Positions 1-11,046 are shown, numbered from the whole stretch's first letter. The stretch is 62,591 bases of DNA, filler included, from Malassezia furfur (GCA_052055015.1; 15 parts of 15 records of this genome joined end to end with filler, not necessarily neighbours in it), one strand, 5' to 3'. Notes: a model not told the origin generated them from the letters alone. Translations and numbers: made by a program.

Positions 1-716
1 GGCCTGGCCGGGCGCACGGTGCGCCGCGCCGGACTCGTGGCCAGCGCCGAGGGCGCAGCGGCCGAGGAGGTGCTCGAGAACACGTCGAGCGCCCCCGCGC
101 GCGGGGTGTACTCCTGCCGCGCCGGTGATGCGATCCGCACGGTGCCGACCGCGGCGCGTGCAGATGGCCCCGGCGTCGCGGCCGTCCGCGTCGGCCCCGG
201 TGTTTTGGACCGCGTCAGGAGCGTCGTGCGGTCGTCACTCAGCATGCGGGGGCTGGGAGACCACGTGGGGCCGGGGGATGCCGCCTTGCCTGGGCTGTCT
301 GCGCGGGCAAACGGTGTGCGCGTGCCGGGTTTGGCCGACGCTGCAAACGGCGTGCGCTCGGCGGTGCGACGCGACGCAGCCTGTGCTGCGTCGGCGCGCG
401 CGTGGGTCATCCGTGACGGCGCGGGCGCCGCCGGCGTATGCACGTCTTCTTCCTCACTCTCCTCCTGCTCGTCCATCGCTAGCGCAGGCTTGGCGAGCGC
501 CGGCGAGCGCGGTGTGCGCGCGCGCGCGCCGTCGTTGGTGAGCGCAGTTTCGCGTAGCGGCACGCGCAACTTCTGTGGTGTGCCCTTGGCGCGTTTGCGC
601 GGCGACGGCATAAAAGGAGCACGCGGCGTCGCAGGCCGTGTGCCCGGCGTCGTGTCGAGCAGCGGGACAAAGCCCGCGGGCCGCTCGCGACCGCCCGCCG
701 CGGCCGCACTGTCCAT
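1..716 (-). CDS. Uncharacterised Ser/Thr-Pro-rich protein, N-terminal part (runs off window start)
   Basis: ATG at 716 opens a stop-free minus-strand frame ([25 protein letters not shown]...) rich in SP/TP motifs; divergent from RPT5 across 117 bp. Confidence 0.55.
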   Translation of the reverse strand, partial: MDSAAAAGGRERPAGFVPLLDTTPGTRPATPRAPFMPSPRKRAKGTPQKLRVPLRETALTNDGARARTPRSPALAKPALAMDEQEESEEEDVHTPAAPAPSRMTHARADAAQAASRRTAERTPFAASAKPGTRTPFARADSPGKAASPGPTWSPSPRMLSDDRTTLLTRSKTPGPTRTAATPGPSARAAVGTVRIASPARQEYTPRAGALDVFSSTSSAAAPSALATSPARRTVRPAR

Positions 717-833
717 GCCGACCGTGTGTGTTGTGTGGAGCACGCGACGAGCGACACGCGAAGGTCACGTGCAGTGATCGGTGCGAGGGCGCGTACGCAC
801 CGGCCGCGTTGGCGACATCCATCCGTGGCGGCG

Positions 834-2102
834 ATGAGTGCGGCCGATACGCTGGACAGCTTGCCGCAGGAGATCCGCGATGCGCCTACGCAGGAGGTGC
901 AGATGCGGACACGCCTGCTGGAGAATGAGTTGAAGGTGATGAAGTCGGAGCATATGCGGCTGCTGCACGAGCAGAACGTCATGAAGGAGCGCATCAAGGA
1001 CAATGCGGACAAGATCTCGCAGAACAAGGTGCTGCCGTACCTCGTCGGCAACGTCGTCGAGATCCTCGACATTGACCCCGACGTCGACGAGGACTCCGAG
1101 GAGGGCGCCACCGCCGACGCCAACGCCCAGCGCCGTGGCAAATGCGCCGTGATCAAGACGTCGACGCGGCAGACCATCTTCTTGCCGCTCATTGGGCTGG
1201 TCCCGAGCGAGGAGCTGCGTCCGGGCGACCTGATCGGTGTCAACAAGGACAGCTACCTCGTCCTCGACAAGCTCCCCGCAGAATACGACTCGCGCGTCAA
1301 GGCCATGGAGGTCGACGAGCGGCCCACCGAGACCTACACCGACATCGGCGGGCTCGACAAGCAGATCGAGGAGCTCGTGGAGGCCATCGTGCTTCCGATG
1401 CAGCAGGAGCAAAAGTTTAAGAACCTCGGCATCAAGCCGCCGAAGGGTGCGCTGATGTACGGCCCGCCCGGCACGGGCAAGACGCTGCTGGCGCGCGCCT
1501 GTGCCGCGCAGACGAACGCGTGCTACCTGAAGCTGGCCGGCCCGTCGCTGGTGCAGATGTTCATTGGTGACGGTGCGAAGCTCGTGCGCGACGCGTTTGA
1601 GCTCGCCAAGGAGAAGGCGCCGGCGATCATCTTTATCGACGAGCTCGATGCGATCGGCACCAAGCGCTTCGACTCGGACAAGTCGGGCGACCGTGAGGTG
1701 CAGCGCACCATGCTCGAGCTGCTGAACCAGCTCGACGGCTTCTCGAGCGACGAGCGGATCAAGGTCATTGCGGCGACGAACCGCATCGATATCCTGGACC
1801 CGGCGCTGCTGCGCTCCGGCCGCCTTGACCGCAAGATCGAGTTCCCGCTGCCCAACGAAGAGGCGCGCGCGCGCATCATGGAGATCCACTCGCGCAAGAT
1901 GGCCGTTGGGCCGGACGTCAACTTTGAGGAGCTCGCGCGCTCCACGGACGAGATGAACGGCGCGCAGCTCAAGGCGGTCTGTGTGGAGGCCGGCATGATT
2001 GCCCTGCGCGAGGGCGCCACGGAGCTCGACCACGAGCACTTCCTCGGCGGCATCCTCGAGGTCCAGGCGCTGAAAAAGTCGGACCACTTTTACTATGCAT
2101 AG
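834..2102 (+). CDS. RPT5: 26S proteasome AAA-ATPase subunit Rpt5 (PSMC3/TBP1)
   Basis: Walker A GPPGTGKT, Walker [23 protein letters not shown]-terminal HbYX tail YYA; first good ATG at 834. Confidence 0.96.
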   Translation: MSAADTLDSLPQEIRDAPTQEVQMRTRLLENELKVMKSEHMRLLHEQNVMKERIKDNADKISQNKVLPYLVGNVVEILDIDPDVDEDSEEGATADANAQRRGKCAVIKTSTRQTIFLPLIGLVPSEELRPGDLIGVNKDSYLVLDKLPAEYDSRVKAMEVDERPTETYTDIGGLDKQIEELVEAIVLPMQQEQKFKNLGIKPPKGALMYGPPGTGKTLLARACAAQTNACYLKLAGPSLVQMFIGDGAKLVRDAFELAKEKAPAIIFIDELDAIGTKRFDSDKSGDREVQRTMLELLNQLDGFSSDERIKVIAATNRIDILDPALLRSGRLDRKIEFPLPNEEARARIMEIHSRKMAVGPDVNFEELARSTDEMNGAQLKAVCVEAGMIALREGATELDHEHFLGGILEVQALKKSDHFYYA

Positions 2103-2143
2103 ACTGTACAAAGGCTGCGTATGCGTGCACCCCCACCCCCTCT

Positions 2144-2888
2144 TTACACATCCTCGCGCTGCACGATCATCAGCAGCACGGTCGCCGTGATCATCAGGCC
2201 AATCACGCACGACAAGATCGTGACGATGGGGTGCGAGTGGCCCTCGCACTCGTCGAGGTACGTGTGCTCCGCCTCGAGCTGCCGCACGCACGCAAAGTAG
2301 TCCTGCGTCGACACGATGTACGACAGAAAGGCCGCAATCAGGTAGATCACGCCCAGCGCCAGATCCTCGCGCCCGATCTTGTCCTCGAGGGGGTCCGCCA
2401 GCCGCACCGCCGGCGTACTCAGCGCATACGGCGCCTGGTGCGCAATCGCAGGCGGCGGCACGGACGAATCGGTGGGCAACAGCGCGCGCATCGTCTGCAC
2501 GAGCGTATCTTGCTGCTCGTCCTCGTCCTGCAGCCGCAGATCGAGGAACATGGTGCACGACAGGATCGTCATGTAGGTATAAAACTTGGACCAGGCCATG
2601 TACGTCCGTTCGCGCACTGCGTCAGCCAGCCCACGTACTGCAAAAGTCCCGCGCTGCCTCGGATGGCACCTCGGGCGATTTGAGCCCAAACCAATGCGCA
2701 CGGTTGAAGCGCGAGCGCGGCGCCGAGGGCGGCTCCTCGCCCTCATCGAGCTCGTCATCGTGGAGCTCCGCTTGGCAGATCGACGCGCGCCGGTCGTCTG
2801 CACGCTTGATGCGGTCTTCTAGTGAGAGCCAGGGACGCGCTGAAGACTCGTCCGGGGCGCGCTGCTCCGGATCGGCGCGCGTCGCCAT
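2144..2888 (-). CDS. DUF202-like small membrane protein; exons 2888-2639 and 2616-2144
   Basis: Removing a 22-nt intron (2617-2638, gtacgt..ctgac.gcag) joins two ORFs into DFCMRERTYMAWSKF, resembling the DUF202 ERT..AW motif; three hydrophobic segments. Confidence 0.7.
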
Positions 2889-2998
2889 GGCCGGCAACCC
2901 AGGCGCGTGGAGGCGTGTTGAGAGGGAAAGGGAGCGGGGGCGTGCAGGCCCCAAGGGGAACAAGTACGCACAATGCGCTCTCCACGTCAGCTTCGGAA

Positions 2999-3093
2999 CC
3001 AGCCATAGCTCAGTTGGAAGAGCGAAGGTTTGTAATTAGGTTACCAGATCCTCGGATCACCTTAGGTCCCGTGTTCGAATCACGGTGGCTGGA
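2999..3093 (+). tRNA. tRNA-Tyr(GUA) with 22-nt intron (3036-3057)
   Basis: Acceptor CCAGCCA/TGGCTGG+A73 (C1:G72 Tyr identity), anticodon stem AAGGT/ACCTT, GTA anticodon, GTTCGAATC T-loop, T-run terminator at ~3097. Confidence 0.93.
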
Positions 3094-3184
3094 CACTTTT
3101 TTTCCGTCGGCTCTATCATCGGCACCTGGAAGGTCTCTGCGGGCCTGGTTATAACGCGCGATGTGGAGGCATCTGCCATTCGAA

Positions 3185-3277
3185 CCAGCCATAGCTCAGT
3201 TGGAAGAGCGAAGGTTTGTAATTCGGTTACCGGTCTTAGACCACCTTAGGTCCCGTGTTCGAATCACGGTGGCTGGA
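3185..3277 (+). tRNA. tRNA-Tyr(GUA), second tandem copy, with 20-nt intron (3222-3241)
   Basis: Mature sequence identical to the first copy, different intron; T-tract downstream at ~3300-3319. Confidence 0.93.
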
Positions 3278-3399
3278 TTCAGTAAGGGTGCCAACCTTGT
3301 TTTTACTTTTTTTTTTTTTGGGTCATGCACTAAATCGCTTAGACTGTGGGGGAATCGGGAACTTGGGCGCATTCCCGAAATTCGCCCTATTTTGGCTAA

Positions 3400-4163
3400 C
3401 TAGGCTCCATACGTTCCCTCCTGAAATAGAGCACTGGGGTAGTAATGCGCGCGTAAGATCTGGCCATGCAATAGATATCTGCGTGAGCCCAAGCCAAATA
3501 CATACTGGTCCAATGCACGAACGCCTCGGTATGCACCGGCCATCCCAGTAAACTCGACCAAAACGCGCACGAGGTTTGGCATCAGGTGGAGGAGCGCACG
3601 CTGCACGTAGCCATACTCAGCACATAGGTCCGCTGTGTCAGTGCACAACACATACCAACTTCTTGCTGCAAGTTCTGCGCCGCATCCGAGTCAGGGTCCA
3701 CGGCAAGGTCGAAGGCGACCACCTCGCTCGGATCGCCATACATCTCTCGTGCGATCGATGCCTCGTCTCGGTCGCGGTTGACAATGATGCCACGCGCCGT
3801 TCCCCGTTTGGCCACGCGCGCCTCCAAAGGGCGCACCATCCCCTTGTTTCCTTCGGCACCGATTCCCTCGCCTTTTTTGTACCCATACCGCTCCATGAGG
3901 CGCTCCGCGAATCGCGCAGGGTCCGGCCGATGCGCCGGCTCGACGGAGGGCGAAGGCTGCGGCTCTGGTTTGGACGCGGGCGCGAACTTGGCCGCGATCG
4001 CCGCAACCTCTCTCCGCTTTTCTTCGATTGTGGTACTGGGGCGGGGTAGCGTCGGCGGTACCTCGGTCGGCGCTGCACGCATGTCCTCTGTAGGCCGCGA
4101 TGGAGGGAGCCCTGGCGGAGGGCCTGGCGGAGGGCCTGGCGGTGGGCCTGGCGGAGGGCCCGG
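3400..4163 (-). CDS. SPF45/RBM17-like G-patch + UHM/RRM splicing factor, 5' truncated by gap; introns 3633-3655 (23 nt) and 3479-3505 (27 nt)
   Basis: G-patch FAERLMERYGYKKGEGIGAEGNKGMVRPL followed by RRM/UHM EVADLCAEYGYVQRA...VLVEF...ALDQYLLHGQILRAHYY after splicing. Confidence 0.8.
4111..4163. repeat. 12-bp tandem repeat (CCTGGCGGAGGG) x ~4 encoding GPPP repeats on the minus strand
   Basis: Directly visible; ends at the contig break. Confidence 0.8.
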
Positions 4164-4263
4164 NNNNNNNNNNNNNNNNNNNNNNNNNNNNNNNNNNNNN
4201 NNNNNNNTTAATTAATTAANNNNNNNNNNNNNNNNNNNNNNNNNNNNNNNNNNNNNNNNNNNN
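4164..4263. other. Artificial contig linker N44-TTAATTAATTAA-N44 (first of 14; others start at 8419, 12671, 16900, 21114, 25326, 29533, 33702, 37859, 42010, 46146, 50267, 54388, 58493)
   Basis: Identical 100-nt spacer carrying stop codons in all six frames. Confidence 0.98.
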
Positions 4264-4407
4264 CATCTCGATATGCCAGAAGAAGTGGGTGGGTGGGCAG
4301 CAGAAACGCTGGGCACGTAGGGGGTGCCTTGTCTGTCACGTGTGTAACTATATCTCCACGTGATCCAAATTGGACGTGTGGAGGTCGCGTGCTGCCGTCG
4401 AACCGTC

Positions 4408-5007
4408 ATGTGGGTCCGAGCGGCGGCAGCGCCGCGCGCAGTGCGCAGCGTCGCGCGGGTGGCCGGCGTGCGTCGCGTCTTTGGCGCGGCGACGGAGGTG
4501 CATCAGCAGCGTGGCGAAGATGACGGGGCACCTTCTGCGCAATTCGCAGATCCATTTCCGCTGCCATTTTCGCGCGAGCTGGACCCGCGCCAGAAGGCTG
4601 AGGGCGTCAACCTCGCGAGCGAGGGACAGCGCATCGATGACATTGTCGTGCCGATCCGTGTGCCGAACCGGGAGGGAGAGGAGCGTCCCAAGAAGCTTGC
4701 GCGGCTGCAGTACCAGTGTCGTAAGCGCGGCACGCTCGAGACTGATCTAATCCTGAGCACCTTCGCGCTCAAGGAGCTCCCCTCGCTCTCGGACGCCGAG
4801 CTCGATGAGCTCGACAGCCTGCTGGATGAGCCAGACTGGGACATTTTCTACTGGTGCACTGACCGCAAGCCCGTGCCGCCCGCGTGGAAGGAGTCGTTTG
4901 CGACCGAGGGCCGCTTGGGCCACCGGCTGCGTCAGCACACGCGCAACGATGAGCGCACGGTGCGTCGCTTCCCCGAGCTGTCCTCCGAGATTAAGTCGCC
5001 TGCCTAG
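4408..5007 (+). CDS. SDH5: Succinate dehydrogenase assembly factor 2 (Sdh5/SDHAF2)
   Basis: Arg-rich mitochondrial presequence; RLQYQCRKRGTLETDLILSTF and LLDEPDWDIFYW motifs. Confidence 0.92.
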   Translation: MWVRAAAAPRAVRSVARVAGVRRVFGAATEVHQQRGEDDGAPSAQFADPFPLPFSRELDPRQKAEGVNLASEGQRIDDIVVPIRVPNREGEERPKKLARLQYQCRKRGTLETDLILSTFALKELPSLSDAELDELDSLLDEPDWDIFYWCTDRKPVPPAWKESFATEGRLGHRLRQHTRNDERTVRRFPELSSEIKSPA

Positions 5008-5019
5008 GCATTACCTATG

Positions 5020-8000
5020 TCATGCGTGGACCTTGCCCTCGGGCTTGCCGACGCCTGTCTCTTCCGTGTCCTGTAGATCGTATACCTCTTGGAAGACTTG
5101 GCGCTGTTCCGCGGTAAAGTGGTCCGTGAGGTTCTGGAAGAGGCTCGGGTGCTGCGTCTTGAGCTGGTTCACCACCGTGCGGAAAGGCTCGTAGACCGGC
5201 ACGGGCTCGAGCGGCGACTCATAGATGAGGTCGTCGCCGTCGAGATCCGCAAAGGCGTCGTCGTCTTCGTCTTCGTCATCGCCGCCCTGGTCGAGGTTGG
5301 CAATCTTCGACCGAAGTCGCTGCGCCTCTTGGGTGAGGAACTCGAGGTATTCGTTTTCGTCGTCGTGGACGTCAACGTCGTCATCAAAGTCGCCAGTCTC
5401 CTCAAACTCCTCCTCGACGTCCGAATCGATCCCCTCGTCAAACTGCTTCTGGTACTCGGCGCGTTCCGCAACGCTCTTGGGCAGCAGCTTGAGCTGCGAC
5501 ACGAGCGCCGCGAGCAGGTGTGGGTAGCCCACCTTGACCGCCTCCGGCACCGCGTTCGGGTCGAGCGACAGGAGACTGAGCAGCGCGACGATGGTCACCT
5601 TGCACTCGTGCACCTTGGTGAACTTGGGCAACTTGTGCAGCGCCTGCGTAAAGAAGCCGGCCGTCGCGCCGTGTGCCTCGAGCACCTGCAGCGCGAGCGT
5701 CGGATTGTAGTAAATCGCCTCGAGCAGGAGCAGGATGCACCACTTGCGCAGGTTCGACGACGACGCCTCGTTCTTTTCGTCGAGCAGCGGGAGAACGGTG
5801 GCAAGGAGTGTCGGCACCGCGTCGTCGACATAGCCCTTGAGCAGCAGCAGAATCACCTCACCCAGCTTGCAAGCCGCAATGCGGTCGCTCACGCCGAGCT
5901 GGTCGCTGGTCATGGCCGTCTGGAAGATATCGATGAGCATGTTGCGGTACTCGGCGTTCTGCTGGAGCATCTCGGTGCCGTACGATGCGCAGTTGTCAAA
6001 CGTGCCGATCATTTCGGCGAGGTAGTCAATACCCGCACCCTTGAACGACTTGTACATCAGCGCAAAAATGTTCCACATCCCCGGCGAGATGCGCTTTTGG
6101 TAGTAGGTGAGCACGTCGGTGAGCTGGAAGCAGTCGTCGTACAGGTCGATCGACTCGCTCTCTAGGGTGTATGCCACCACGGGAAGCACCACATTTTCCA
6201 GCTCGGCCAGAATCTCGGGCCGCGACTCGGCGGTGGTGACAATCTGGTACATGGTGCTGAGGCAGCCCAACGCGGCAAAGTACTTGTCCTCCTCGCCCTG
6301 GTCCATCCCAAACGCCCGCGTGCCGTCGCCGTTGTCGTTCGCCTGGCTCGCCGTGCTCTCTTGGACGAGACGCATGTAGCTGTTGGCCATCTGCTGCACA
6401 AGCTGCACCGAAAACGGCAAGAGCTCCTCGGCAAAGTGGTTCACCACCTTTTCCTGCGTGGTCATCAGCACGTCCAAGTCTGTCTCGTCGGAGAGCTTGA
6501 GCAGCTCCTGCATCAGGCGGCCTGCGTTCGGCGCCATGGCGCTGTGTACCTCGTCATGTGCCACCAGCTCGCCCATCGCCGACGCCGCCTGCACACGAAC
6601 GGGCAGTTCGGGGTCCATGATGCAGTCCATCACACCGCGCAGCGCCATCTCGAGCGACTCGTTCGTGGTCCACTTGAGCCCCGCCTGGTCGAACGTCTGC
6701 ACCGCTGCACACGCGCGCAGCCGCAGGAAGGGTTCGGGGCTCTTGAGTGCGGGCAGGACGTGCTGCACAAAGAAGGCATCAAGCTTGTCCTTGACGCCCT
6801 CCTGGTTCACCATCGTGGAGCTGATCGAGATGCACATCTTCAGCGCGCCGTCAAACTGACGTGCCGTCGCCTGCTCGGGGTATGCATTCAGCACCGAGGT
6901 GATGAACTGCAGCGTGGGCTCAAACATCGACTTGGTGCGCTTGGCGACCGCGGTCGACAGCAGGTAGCTCGCGGCGCTCGACACCGTGCCGACGTCCTCG
7001 TACGGGTCCGCCGACGCACGCACAAAGTCCACCGGGTCGAGCTCCCACAGCTCCTGGTCCTCGTCCGAGAAGCACAGCCGCGGGTACACAAACGACTCGA
7101 TCAGCTGGCGCATGTGCGGACGGAGCTGCATCCAGATCGATTTGGGCTTGACGCTGGCGTCAGTCTTCTCCACCTACCAGGCCTGGAAAAAGGTGAGCAG
7201 CGAGCGGGTCACGGGCGGACTGAGCCACTCGTTGCGTGCGACGTTCGCCTCGACGGTGTGCAGGTACGCCTTGAGGATCTCGGGTGCAAAGTTGGCCAAG
7301 AACGTCTCGGCAAACGGCTTGTACGAGCGCATTCCAGGCGAGAGCTGCGACGGCGTACCGTACCGGCTAAACAGGCGGTTCAGTGAGAAGAAGGCCCATT
7401 TCTTCGCCTTCCACCACGGCATCCGCGCGCGCTCTTCAGGGTCCGCGGCGAACGCCGAGCTGTCGATCGGCTTCTGCGCAACACGCAGCATCAGCGAGCC
7501 CCATGGCACGATGCTGTCCTGCGATTGCAGATGCTGCGTCAGGGTAATCACCATGCTGGTCTTGTACGTTTTCAGCGCATAGTACACAATCTCGCCGACC
7601 GCCGGCAGGTCGGCCTGTGGCGAGTCAAGCAGCGCCTTGGTCGTCGCCAAGAGCTGGGGGAAGGTGTGCGACACGACCTGCTCGAGCTTGGTGTCCGAGT
7701 CGGCGAAGCGGAAACCACGCACCGTCTCGAGCAGCGCGCGGACACCCGCATAGATCTCGGCCTCCTGCTGCGATGAAATCAGCTTGAGGATCTCGTCGAG
7801 AAGCGTCGGCCACTGGTCCGGGAAGTCGCAGCGCGCAATCGAGTGGATGGCCGAGGCAATGTGCACACGCAGCGTCGTAGGCACCAACGCAATCGTCGGC
7901 AGCAGTGAGCCACGCACCGTCGCGCGGTCCTCTTCGGGCACCGGCGACTGCTCACCGAGGCGCGCTGGCGTCGTGTCCCATGCACGTGCAATGCGGTTCT

Positions 8001-8206
8001 TGGCGTAGATTGCCGCCGCCTGCCGGATCGCCATGTCCACCTGGTCGGACGCAATGAGCTGGAACGAGGCAGAGAGCATCCCAGGCTGCGCCTCGAGTCG
8101 GCGCAGCTCCAGCTCCGAAGCCCGGCGCGCATTGATGTCGGGACTACGTCAGCACACACACCACGCACCTCAGTGTCGCCGGGAAGAGCGTTAACAGCGC
8201 CTCCAT
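5020..8206 (-). CDS. Importin-beta family karyopherin (importin-7/8, Nmd5/Sxm1-like); introns 8144-8168 (25 nt) and 7154-7177 (24 nt)
   Basis: Spliced N-terminus MEALLTLFPATLSPDINARRASELEL, IBN_N motif IRQAAAIYAKNRI, CDFPDQWP, WWKAKKWA, acidic C-terminus. Confidence 0.9.
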
Positions 8207-8518
8207 CCTTGTTGCAGGGGTGGGAAAGGCTAAGAACGTTGGGCACGTTGAAAATCCCACGTGGGAAAATTTCAAGTGTTGTTTCATGCCGCGGCGTCCG
8301 GCGGCCGGCGAACCGCGCAAACTGCCACTCGCGCAGGGCGTCGGCAGACGGCTGCCCGTGGGCCGCGCACCCGGCGTCCCACTACGCCCAGAACCATCAC
8401 CCGCCGCCGCGGCCCCCCNNNNNNNNNNNNNNNNNNNNNNNNNNNNNNNNNNNNNNNNNNNNTTAATTAATTAANNNNNNNNNNNNNNNNNNNNNNNNNN
8501 NNNNNNNNNNNNNNNNNN

Positions 8519-9106
8519 CTCAACGCATCCGACGCCGAGTTTGTGCGCCGTGGCTCGCGCGGCGGCGGACCCCGCGGCGGCGGACGCGGCGGGCGCGGCA
8601 GGGACCGCGAGGCGTGGGGCCAGGCGATGTACGGCCGCAATGCGCAGCCGGACTATGGGCAAGGCCCGTACGGTAGCTACGATGGCGGGGGCTATGCCAC
8701 GGGCGCGAATGCATATGGCCGCAACGCAGGGCCGTATGGCGCCGGGCCGTACGGCGCCGGTCCGTACGGGGCAGGGCCGTACGGCGCCGGCGCCTATGGC
8801 CAAGCAGCGCCGAGTGGCCCGTACGGCGCCGGGCCGTACGGCGCCGGTCCGTACGGTGCCACGGCGTACAGCGGCGCGTACGGCGGCTACGGTGCGAGCG
8901 GTGCGGGCCCGTACGGTGCGAGCGGCTACGGTAGCTACGGCGCCGGGCCGTACGGCGGCTACGGCGGTGCGTACGGCGCGCAGGGCGCGTCGCAGGCGCC
9001 GTACGGCGGCGGCTACGGTGCCTACTACAACTACAACGCGCCGTCCGGGCCGTACGGCGGCCCGCCGGCGCGCGGCGGCCGCGGACGGGGGCCGTATGGT
9101 GCATAG
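8519..9106 (+). CDS. C-terminal Gly/Tyr/RGG low-complexity tail of a probable RNA-binding or RNA-processing protein (5' truncated)
   Basis: Open frame from the gap to TAG at 9104-9106; RGG boxes and GAGPY repeats. Confidence 0.7.
   Translation, partial: LNASDAEFVRRGSRGGGPRGGGRGGRGRDREAWGQAMYGRNAQPDYGQGPYGSYDGGGYATGANAYGRNAGPYGAGPYGAGPYGAGPYGAGAYGQAAPSGPYGAGPYGAGPYGATAYSGAYGGYGASGAGPYGASGYGSYGAGPYGGYGGAYGAQGASQAPYGGGYGAYYNYNAPSGPYGGPPARGGRGRGPYGA
8730..8960 (+). repeat. ~15-bp coding tandem repeats (GGCGCCGGGCCGTAC) encoding GAGPY
   Basis: Directly visible imperfect tandem array. Confidence 0.85.
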
Positions 9107-9201
9107 AGGGAGCAGGGTAAAGCGGTGTGGCACGTGTGTGGAGGCTGCAGGGTGCTGCGAAGGTGTGCGCTCGGTGCAACGTGGGTTGGGTGATAGCGTC
9201 C

Positions 9202-10558
9202 ATGACCGTATTCCAGCTGATTCCGGGCGTGCAATCGTACGACTGGGGCGTGCCAGGCGGTGACAAGCACAGCATCTGTGCTGACCTTGCCGAGGCGACG
9301 TGCCAGCTGCAGTTCGAGCGCAAGGCCGACAAGCCGTACGCTGAGGTACGTCGCTCCACTGACGCAGCTGTGGATGGGCACGCACCCCACGCTGCCATCG
9401 CGCGTGGTCCGCGGCAGCGACGAGCACCCGCTGCTAAACGACGAGCTGCGCAAGGACCCGCAGCTGATCGGTTCGGCAGTCGTCGACAAGTATGGCGTGC
9501 CGGAAGACGGCGCCTTGCCGTTCCTATTCAAGGTGCTGAGCATCGCCAAGGCGCTCAGCATCCAGGCGCACCCCGACAAGAAGCTTGCGGAGCGCCTGCA
9601 TGCAGAGAAGCCGTCGATGTACAAGGACGCGAACCACAAGCCTGAAATGGCCATCGCCATCAACGCCTTTGAAGGCTTCTGTGGTTTCCGGCCCGTGCGC
9701 GAAATTGCGCAGTTTGTGCACCGCGTGCCGGAGCTGCGTGAGTCCATGGGTGCCGACGATGCGCTGCAGGCCGAGCTCGACGAGGCCGCGCGCGTCCAGG
9801 ACGCCCAATGGGACGCAGGCCAGTCGGGCAATGAGCCGCGCGTGCACGATGCGCTGAAGCGCGCATTTGCTGCTCTGATGCACTGCCAGGCCGCCACGTA
9901 CGAGCGCATGGTCGTGCAGCTTGCAGAGCGCTACCAGGCCGCGCTGGACCGTGGTGAGGCACTCGAGGTGAGCGATGAGGTCGCGCGGCTCGTGGTGCGC
10001 CTCAATACGCAATACCCCAAGGACATCGGCGTGCTGTGTACCTACTTTTTGAACATCGTGCACCTCGAGCAGGGCCAGGCCATCTTCCTCGGTGCCGATG
10101 AGCCGCACGCCTACCTCTCGGGCCAGATCCTCGAGTGCATGGCCGCATCGGACAACGTCGTGCGCGCCGGTCTGACGCCCAAGGCGCGCGACGTCGAGGT
10201 GCTCGTCGACATGCTTACCTACCAAAGCGCCCGCGCCGCCGACCAGCTGCTGCGCGCGGAGAAGTGGGAAGGCGATTCGGCGCAGCCGAACCCGTCGCTG
10301 CTGTACGACCCGCCGATCGACGAGTTCTCGGTGCTAGTCACCATCCTCGAGAAGGACGCGAAGCGCAGCGAGCAGCGCGGCGTGCAGGGCCCCTCGGTCG
10401 TGCTCGCCTACGAGGGCACCGGGACGTTGCACGCCGACGGAACGACGTATGCGCTGCGCCCCGGCATCGTGCTGTACGTCGCGGCCGGCACGCCAATCGC
10501 GCTGTCGACCGACGACCGGCTCCTCGTCGCGCGTGCATTCCTCGAGCTGACGCCGTAG
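9202..10558 (+). CDS. PMI40: Mannose-6-phosphate isomerase (type I PMI); 22-nt intron 9346-9367
   Basis: Splicing restores KPYAE|LWMGTHP; LPFLFKVLSIAKALSIQAHP, YKDANHKPEMAIA, ECMAASDNVVRAGLTPK. Confidence 0.96.
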
Positions 10559-10701
10559 AGCAGAGAAGGGTAGCAAGAGATGGGATGGAAACGTGCAGGG
10601 TGAGGGAGCCCCAGGGCGGCCGGTGGTGCGTGGCTACGGCCTATGGACGTAGCGGTGTACGCATGCGAAGCCCCTGTGGTTAGTCCTGTCGGTGGGTGGG
10701 C

Positions 10702-10798
10702 GGGGGTCGAGTCAGAGTAACTATGACATTTTTGGCTGCACAGAGTCTTTGCTCCGAAGAGCTCGAGCCGGTTGGCAAGTGGTCATCCCGCGACCCCC
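10702..10798 (-). ncRNA. Box C/D snoRNA, snR63/SNORD46-like (predicted guide for LSU rRNA Am2256, yeast numbering), inside a 138-nt intron (10674-10811)
   Basis: 8-bp terminal stem GGGGGUCG/CGACCCCC, box C GGGAUGA, box D CUGA preceded by GUCAUAGUUACU, which is antisense to the conserved LSU sequence AGUAACUAUGAC. Confidence 0.85.
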
Positions 10799-11046
10799 TT
10801 TCGCAACGTACATGAAGGCAGAAGACGAACGCTGTGCCGCAGCACGCGCGCGCAACTTGGGCCTACCAGGGTCGTGACGTGCCGGCGCGATGACTAATGC
10901 GCGCTGCAGAGCGCGGCGGCCGTCCGTCCGAAGACGAAGGAGCGCCGCGCGCAGGTGCACGCCCGTCCCTCTGAGTGCGGAGCCTCGTCAAGCGCCGCGG
11001 CGGGATTGGCAGTGCGTGAGGAGTGGCGCGCTGCGGAGCATGGCCG

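Noticed and set aside
3340..3390. Hairpin (TCGGGAA/TTCCCGA) downstream of the tRNAs as an H/ACA snoRNA
   Set aside because: Single short hairpin without an H box or second hairpin; most simply part of the SPF45-like 3'-UTR.
4208..4219. Regularly spaced TTAATTAATTAA as a biological repeat or CRISPR-like array
   Set aside because: Synthetic six-frame-stop linker embedded in N runs.
10660..10730. RNase MRP RNA (minus-strand AUAGUUAC and ACCACAGGGGCU resemble CR-IV/CR-V) or an Sm-site snRNA (AUUUUUGG on plus)
   Set aside because: No CR-I GAAAGUCCCC partner found; the motifs are fully explained by a snoRNA guide, branch point and 3' splice site.
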